DNA of 64,000 nt from Candidatus Bathyarchaeota archaeon (GTDB lineage: Archaea > Thermoproteota > Bathyarchaeia > Bathyarchaeales > Bathycorpusculaceae): NCBI GenBank assembly GCA_963826715.1, contig CAWGYA010000002.1, positions 96,001 through 160,000 of the forward strand. Reading direction: 5' to 3'. Both the position numbers and the translations under genes were made by a program. Positions within the stretch are counted from its first letter, which is position 1. The number at the start of each line of letters is the position of its first letter. The notes under the pieces are model-generated. The model made no database searches and was not told the origin of the DNA. It saw only the letters and a program-made list of their open reading frames with translations. This document shows positions 59,122 to 64,000 of this stretch, in pieces.

Positions 59122-59436
59122 AATTCACCCTATAAGCTTCGGTAAATTTAATTTTTATGGTAACAAAAACGTACAGCTAAGATTCATTCAGTTCTCATTT
59201 TATAAGCTCTGACCCAGTTTATCGTCTACCTCTTCCTGCAATCAGGCGATCCAAACATCCTTTTTTACCCTTCATTCACCCCCCAAGTTAAAAATTGGAA
59301 AACAGAAAACAATATCTAACAAAGTTGATATCAAGATCTAAAATTTTAGTGGTTCAAGCAATGGCACTATCATATTGATTATTCTTGTATGTGATAAACT
59401 TAAATTCCGCAATCGTTCAATGCTAAAAGACGCTTT

Positions 59437-60426
59437 ATGCATAATGCAATTGAAACCCATCAGTTAACTAAAACTTATAAATCCTTCAAAGCGGTCGACA
59501 ATCTCGACATAATTGTGGAAACAGGAGAAATCTTTGGATTACTAGGTCCAAATGGTGCCGGCAAAACTACTACAGTATCAATGCTATGCACCATCCTCAA
59601 ACCTTCCTCGGGTACAGCCTCGATAAACGGTTTTGATCTTTTACGAGAACCAAATAAAGTCCGAAAATCTATCGGCATCGTCTTTCAGGATCCAAGTATT
59701 GACGACCGATTAACAGGAAGAGAAAACCTCTATATGCACGCCAACCTCTACGGGGTACCTGCTTCTAACCAGAAAGAACGAGTAAACCGCATCCTAAAAC
59801 TCGTTGAACTTGAGGATCGCGCGGATGATTTGCTTAGAACCTATTCTGGAGGTATGCGGCGCAGGCTTGAGTTAGGACGTGGATTAATCCATTACCCCAA
59901 AATCCTCTTTTTGGATGAGCCCACCGTAGGTTTGGACCCACAGACCCGAGACCATATATGGAAATACATCCTCGAACTTAAAAAAACACATGACATAACA
60001 GTCGTCTTAACAACGCACTACATGGACGAAGCAGATCGCCTTTCAGATCGCATAGCAATTATGGACCATGGAAAAATTGTGGTTTTAGACACTCCGGGAA
60101 ATCTTAAAGAAACTCTTGAGGGGGACGTAATAATTGTCAGGGCAAACGATCTAGAAGGATTATCTTCTTTAGTGTCTAAATGGCTGGGATTTAGCCAGAC
60201 ACATTTAGTAGATGGAGCATTAGAGATTACTGTTCATAACGGAAAAGCCGCGATGCCAAGAGTCATGGAAATAGCAGCTCAGAACAACATCTATGTCGAA
60301 TCCTTGCTTTTGCGCGAACCCAACCTCGAAGACGTTTTTTTACATTACACTGGAAGGACAATTCGGTATGACACTACCAAAGAACTCCATGGTATGGCAG
60401 CTATTCACCGGAGAGCGATAAAATGA
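59437..60426 (+). CDS. DrrA-type ABC transporter ATP-binding protein
   Basis: GPNGAGKTT, YSGGMRRRLE, LFLDEPT.GLD, TTHYMDEA, PNLEDVFL..TG. Confidence 0.95.
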   Translation: MHNAIETHQLTKTYKSFKAVDNLDIIVETGEIFGLLGPNGAGKTTTVSMLCTILKPSSGTASINGFDLLREPNKVRKSIGIVFQDPSIDDRLTGRENLYMHANLYGVPASNQKERVNRILKLVELEDRADDLLRTYSGGMRRRLELGRGLIHYPKILFLDEPTVGLDPQTRDHIWKYILELKKTHDITVVLTTHYMDEADRLSDRIAIMDHGKIVVLDTPGNLKETLEGDVIIVRANDLEGLSSLVSKWLGFSQTHLVDGALEITVHNGKAAMPRVMEIAAQNNIYVESLLLREPNLEDVFLHYTGRTIRYDTTKELHGMAAIHRRAIK

Positions 60427-61184
60427 CCGAGATTCGCGGACTTTATACACTCTGGCTTAGAGAGCTTAAGCGTTTTATAAGAGACAGGGCAAGAGTCATT
60501 ATTAGTTTCGTTCAACCGCTTCTGTGGCTTGTAGTTTTCGCCGGCGGTTTCGGATCACGTCTACTAATCCCAGGCATAGGGTACCAACAATATCTCTTTC
60601 CAGGTATTATTGGGCAAACTTTGCTTTTCACTTCTATGTTCATGGGAATTAGCTTAATTTGGGACAAAGAATTTGGGTTTATGAAGGAAATTCTGGTATC
60701 GCCAGTATCGCGTTTTACAATTTTTATGGGCAAAATGTTAGGGGACAGCACAGCGGCCATGCTTCAGGGTGTAATTGTTTTTGCTTTCGGGTTCATTTTA
60801 GGTGTTCCCTTTGACCCTATAACTTTGGTTGCAGCATTACCAATTATGCTCCTGATTACTTTTGGAGTGGTTAGCTTGGGCCTAATTATCGCTAGCTTCA
60901 TAGGCAGTCTTGAAAACTTTGGTGCAATTCAAACCTTCATCAATTTACCAATGTTCTTTTTAAGCGGAGCCCTTTTCCCTGTTTCAGGTCCAGGTACTCC
61001 TGAATGGTTGCATGTAGCTTCAGCATTTAATCCTCTAACATACGGAGTCGATGCATTGCGAACAGTGATTTTAGGCTCCGCTTGGACCCCAATACAGCCA
61101 CTATCCCTTAATCTTGGAGTTGTTGTCATCTTTGATGTAATCATGATCGGGGTTGGCACCTGGGCATTTAGCAAAATGAAATAA
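60423..61184 (+). CDS. ABC-2 (DrrB-type) permease
   Basis: WDKEFGFMKEILVSP, PMFFLSGA.FP, NPLTYGVDALR. Confidence 0.94.
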   Translation: MTEIRGLYTLWLRELKRFIRDRARVIISFVQPLLWLVVFAGGFGSRLLIPGIGYQQYLFPGIIGQTLLFTSMFMGISLIWDKEFGFMKEILVSPVSRFTIFMGKMLGDSTAAMLQGVIVFAFGFILGVPFDPITLVAALPIMLLITFGVVSLGLIIASFIGSLENFGAIQTFINLPMFFLSGALFPVSGPGTPEWLHVASAFNPLTYGVDALRTVILGSAWTPIQPLSLNLGVVVIFDVIMIGVGTWAFSKMK

Positions 61185-61216
61185 AAACAAGAAAAAGAAG
61201 ATAAAAGCAAAAAAAT

Positions 61217-61504
61217 TTACTGCTTGTTGGTCATTTCGTTGATTTGTTCTTCCATCGCATGACCACGACAATAAACAATTGCTTTTGTTACTCCAGGAAC
61301 GGCTTTGGCTGCATCTCGGATATCCACAGCTAACTTAAATGCTATTGGGCAAAAAGGGCTTGTTGGCACAAATTCAACTTCAACTGATCCGGGTTCGCTT
61401 TCCTTTACGCTTTGGATCATCTGCATTTCCTCAAAAGATTGCCCCGTCTCGGGATCTTGCACTTTGCCGACTTCAATACGCACTTTATCTTCGAGTTCGG
61501 TCAT
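61217..61504 (-). CDS. DUF59 / Fe-S cluster assembly protein
   Basis: V.DPE, PTSPFCP.A motif; ATG at 61504 after AGGTGA. Confidence 0.88.
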   Translation of the reverse strand: MTELEDKVRIEVGKVQDPETGQSFEEMQMIQSVKESEPGSVEVEFVPTSPFCPIAFKLAVDIRDAAKAVPGVTKAIVYCRGHAMEEQINEMTNKQ

Positions 61505-61609
61505 TAATTTCACCTTTTTTGGTAAAGATAATATTAAAGTAAATAAAATATAAAGTTTGATTGATCATAAAGACCTGTGTAGGGTTTATCGATTGTTGAG
61601 GTAGATAAA

Positions 61610-62029
61610 TTGGCATACGACGAGAATTGTATATTTTGTAAAATAGTACTTAAGCTGGCGCCCTCAAGCGTACTCTTTGAAAACGAGACAACTATGGCAT
61701 TTCTTGATATTCGACCATTAAATTTGGGGCACACGTTGGTTATTCCTAAAGCCCACTATGTAGACATCTTTAATATCCCAAAAAAAGAGATTGCTCAAGT
61801 TCACATTATCGCGAAACAACTTGCTTCAGCCATAAAAAAAGCCACTGGAGCCGATGGTATCAGTATAATTCAGCAGAACGGCAAAGCTGCTGGTCAAGAA
61901 ATCTTCCACTTACACACACATATAGTGCCTCGATTTTTGGGGGAGACTCTACCAAGGTTCAGTGATCTCAAAGAAGTTGATCGAGTAAGGTTGGAAGAGA
62001 CAGCTGAGAAGATAAAGCAACTCATATGA
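61610..62029 (+). CDS. HIT family nucleotide hydrolase
   Basis: CIFCKI, AFLDIRP...GHTLVIPK.H, GQ..FHLHTHIVPR. Confidence 0.95.
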   Translation: MAYDENCIFCKIVLKLAPSSVLFENETTMAFLDIRPLNLGHTLVIPKAHYVDIFNIPKKEIAQVHIIAKQLASAIKKATGADGISIIQQNGKAAGQEIFHLHTHIVPRFLGETLPRFSDLKEVDRVRLEETAEKIKQLI

Positions 62030-62116
62030 CGCGAGTTAGACCAAGTTCAGAATTTAAACAGATAAAACAAATAATCATCATATAGTTAAATCAGTTTTAA
62101 CTGAAGTCTCTAAAGC

Positions 62117-63796
62117 CTAAAGATATGCTTCAGTAACATATCGGCGCATCATACGGTGACTGTTAAAGTAGTAAGCTATCTTACCAATTGAGTTCTTCAT
62201 CATTCTAATCCACTCATCATGACGATCATAGAACATGGGCGTTATCACGTATTCTAGTTTGTTGTATAGGTCTTCACTTTCTTTCACCGCATGGTTTTCT
62301 TCATCAATGGTCTGTGTCGAATGTGGTCCAATTGCCCATCCGGTTAGATTCTCTATCCAACCCTCTATCCACCAACCGTCAAGTACACTGAAGTTTATAA
62401 CCCCATTATGCGCGGCTTTCATGCCGCTTGTTCCTGACGCTTCCATTGGTCGCAAGGGAGTATTAAGCCAAACATCCACGCCTGCAACCATTTTAGCAGC
62501 TATATCCATGTCATAATTTTCCAGGTAAACAACTTCCAAATCCCCTTTGAGTTGCTTGCCATAATTATAAATTTGCTCTATGAGTCGTTTCCCGCCCTCA
62601 TCTCGCGGATGTGCTTTTCCGGCAAAAATAGCTTGTATCTTTCCCTTTTGACTAATTGACCGTAAACGTTCAATATTTGAAAATAGTAAAGTCGCCCGCT
62701 TGTATTCCGTGGCACGTCGGGCAAACCCGAAAGTAAACATATCTGGGTTTAAGGACCGATTTGTCTTTTGATTGACGAAGTCTATAAGCGTCTTTTTCTG
62801 ATCTTTATGTGCCTGCCAGATTTCGCAATCAGGAATTATGTCTACCTTAGCGAGTAATTCAGGTTCAATCGCCCAACCTGGCAGATAGGTATCATATATT
62901 TTTCGGTAACTGGGACCTGTCCAAGTAAACGAGTGAACGCCGTTGGTTATCGCATGGATTTCGTAACCTGAGAACATTTGGCTGGAAACCTGTTGATGCC
63001 GCTTGGCAACACCATTAACATAGTTGCTGAGCTTGAGAGCCAACCTTGTCATGTTTAGGCGTTCTTCGCCGCCATATTTTTTAAGCAATGAGAGGTCCAA
63101 ATTTTCAAGGACTTCACTAATTAGACCGTAGTTAAACTGGTCATGTCCAGCTTCTACAGGTGTGTGGGTAGTGAAAACACAAAGTTCACGCACTTTCTCA
63201 ATATCCATGTCGTATTTTCGTAAGAGCTCATATGATAAAAAGCTAGAGTGCCCCTCATTCATGTGAAATTTGCGTACCTTAAAACCCAATGCTTCAAGCA
63301 TCCGCACGCCACCAAAACCAAGTATTGCTTCCTGCTTTAGGCGGTACCGCTCATTTCCTCCGTAGAGGTAATAAGTGATTTCCCTGTCTTGGGGAGAGTT
63401 AGCTTCAAAATCTGTGTCCAAGAACAAAACAGGCACAGCCCCCCCAGTAACGCTATGATATGTGTAGAGCCAAGCCTTAACCTTAACTGGGCGTCCCTCT
63501 ATTTGCACTTGAACCTCGTTGGGTAAAAGAGTCATTAGTTTAGAGGGATCCCATTCATTTTGTAACTCAGATTGTTTGCCATTTTCATCGAGTCTTTGGG
63601 TAAAATAGTTTCTTTTGCTGATTAATGTGACTGCAATAAGGGGAAGCTTCAAATCAGCACTTGAACGAATAGCGTCGCCTGCCAAAGTACCCAAACCGCC
63701 GGCGTATGTTGGGATTTCGTTGGTTAAACCTATCTCCATTGAGAAGTAAGCAATTTTTTGTCCCTTCAGCACACCTTGAATATTGTTTTCCTGCAT
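62117..63796 (-). CDS. glgP: Alpha-glucan phosphorylase
   Basis: YFSME.G, YAGGLG.LAGD, HMNEGH, FARR...YKR, GKAHP.D, EASGTSGMKA. Confidence 0.96.
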   Translation of the reverse strand: MQENNIQGVLKGQKIAYFSMEIGLTNEIPTYAGGLGTLAGDAIRSSADLKLPLIAVTLISKRNYFTQRLDENGKQSELQNEWDPSKLMTLLPNEVQVQIEGRPVKVKAWLYTYHSVTGGAVPVLFLDTDFEANSPQDREITYYLYGGNERYRLKQEAILGFGGVRMLEALGFKVRKFHMNEGHSSFLSYELLRKYDMDIEKVRELCVFTTHTPVEAGHDQFNYGLISEVLENLDLSLLKKYGGEERLNMTRLALKLSNYVNGVAKRHQQVSSQMFSGYEIHAITNGVHSFTWTGPSYRKIYDTYLPGWAIEPELLAKVDIIPDCEIWQAHKDQKKTLIDFVNQKTNRSLNPDMFTFGFARRATEYKRATLLFSNIERLRSISQKGKIQAIFAGKAHPRDEGGKRLIEQIYNYGKQLKGDLEVVYLENYDMDIAAKMVAGVDVWLNTPLRPMEASGTSGMKAAHNGVINFSVLDGWWIEGWIENLTGWAIGPHSTQTIDEENHAVKESEDLYNKLEYVITPMFYDRHDEWIRMMKNSIGKIAYYFNSHRMMRRYVTEAYL

Positions 63797-64000
63797 TTTC
63801 CCCTCTCATCAGTTTGACTTAATCTGGAACACAAAGTCCACGCGTGGATACTGCATAGACTTTGTTTTTAATATCTATTGTCACTATCCCAGCAGCAATT
63901 TATCCTACCTTAAAACCATTAATCAATAAAAAAAATTATTTTGCCGGATCCGGTCTTATCCCTAAAGTCACCGAAACAGTGAATGGGGAACCGTTTCTAT

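Noticed and set aside
59180-59285. GGGGGTGA RBS followed by an 18-aa ORF on the minus strand upstream of osmC
   Set aside because: Too short and without recognisable homology; possibly a gene remnant but unsupported.
59312-59380. ATATC/GATAT and TTGATATCAA palindromes upstream of the DrrA-type ABC gene
   Set aside because: Short AT-rich palindromes arise easily by chance and no adjacent regulator supports them.
1-64000. tRNA, rRNA, CRISPR array, transposase or integrase
   Set aside because: No T-loop GTTCRA cloverleaf, regularly spaced repeats or mobile-element motifs were seen on manual reading; tRNAscan-SE and CRISPR finders were not run.

Overview
Archaeal chromosomal window. The gene set (archaeal alaS, tiaS, TFB, trmI, FtsZ, DnaK/GrpE/DnaJ, several stand-alone Lrp/AsnC ligand-binding proteins, PadR pairs, Pro/Thr-linker surface proteins) most resembles Candidatus Bathyarchaeia; this taxonomy is an inference. 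Most of the window is housekeeping and transport: dnaJ (partial), pyrG, tiaS, alaS, tfb, dnaK, grpE, rubrerythrin, trmI, acs-satP, P-type ATPase, asnS, CDF, ftsZ, two ABC exporters, glgP. Main items of interest: (1) a tightly packed minus-strand operon at 43.7-51.0 kb pairing a BzdM/BzdQ/BzdP-type ferredoxin plus ATP-dependent activator with a single double-cubane-type (DCCP-like) subunit instead of BzdN/O, plus a NapH-like membrane Fe-S protein, a CcdA/DsbD_2-like membrane protein and a large CARDB surface protein; (2) an unannotated dual-guide box C/D sRNA at 24121-24185 whose guides fit LSU rRNA helices 69 and 70-71; (3) a 151-nt rod-like intergenic hairpin at 40795-40945; (4) a Grs/Gms/Gmm-family radical SAM enzyme; (5) several operator-like palindromes, a recurrent terminator hairpin, one decayed gene, one homopolymer frameshift and a 41-aa basic microprotein. 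No tRNA, rRNA, CRISPR array or transposase was recognised. All family calls come from motif recognition, not database searches.
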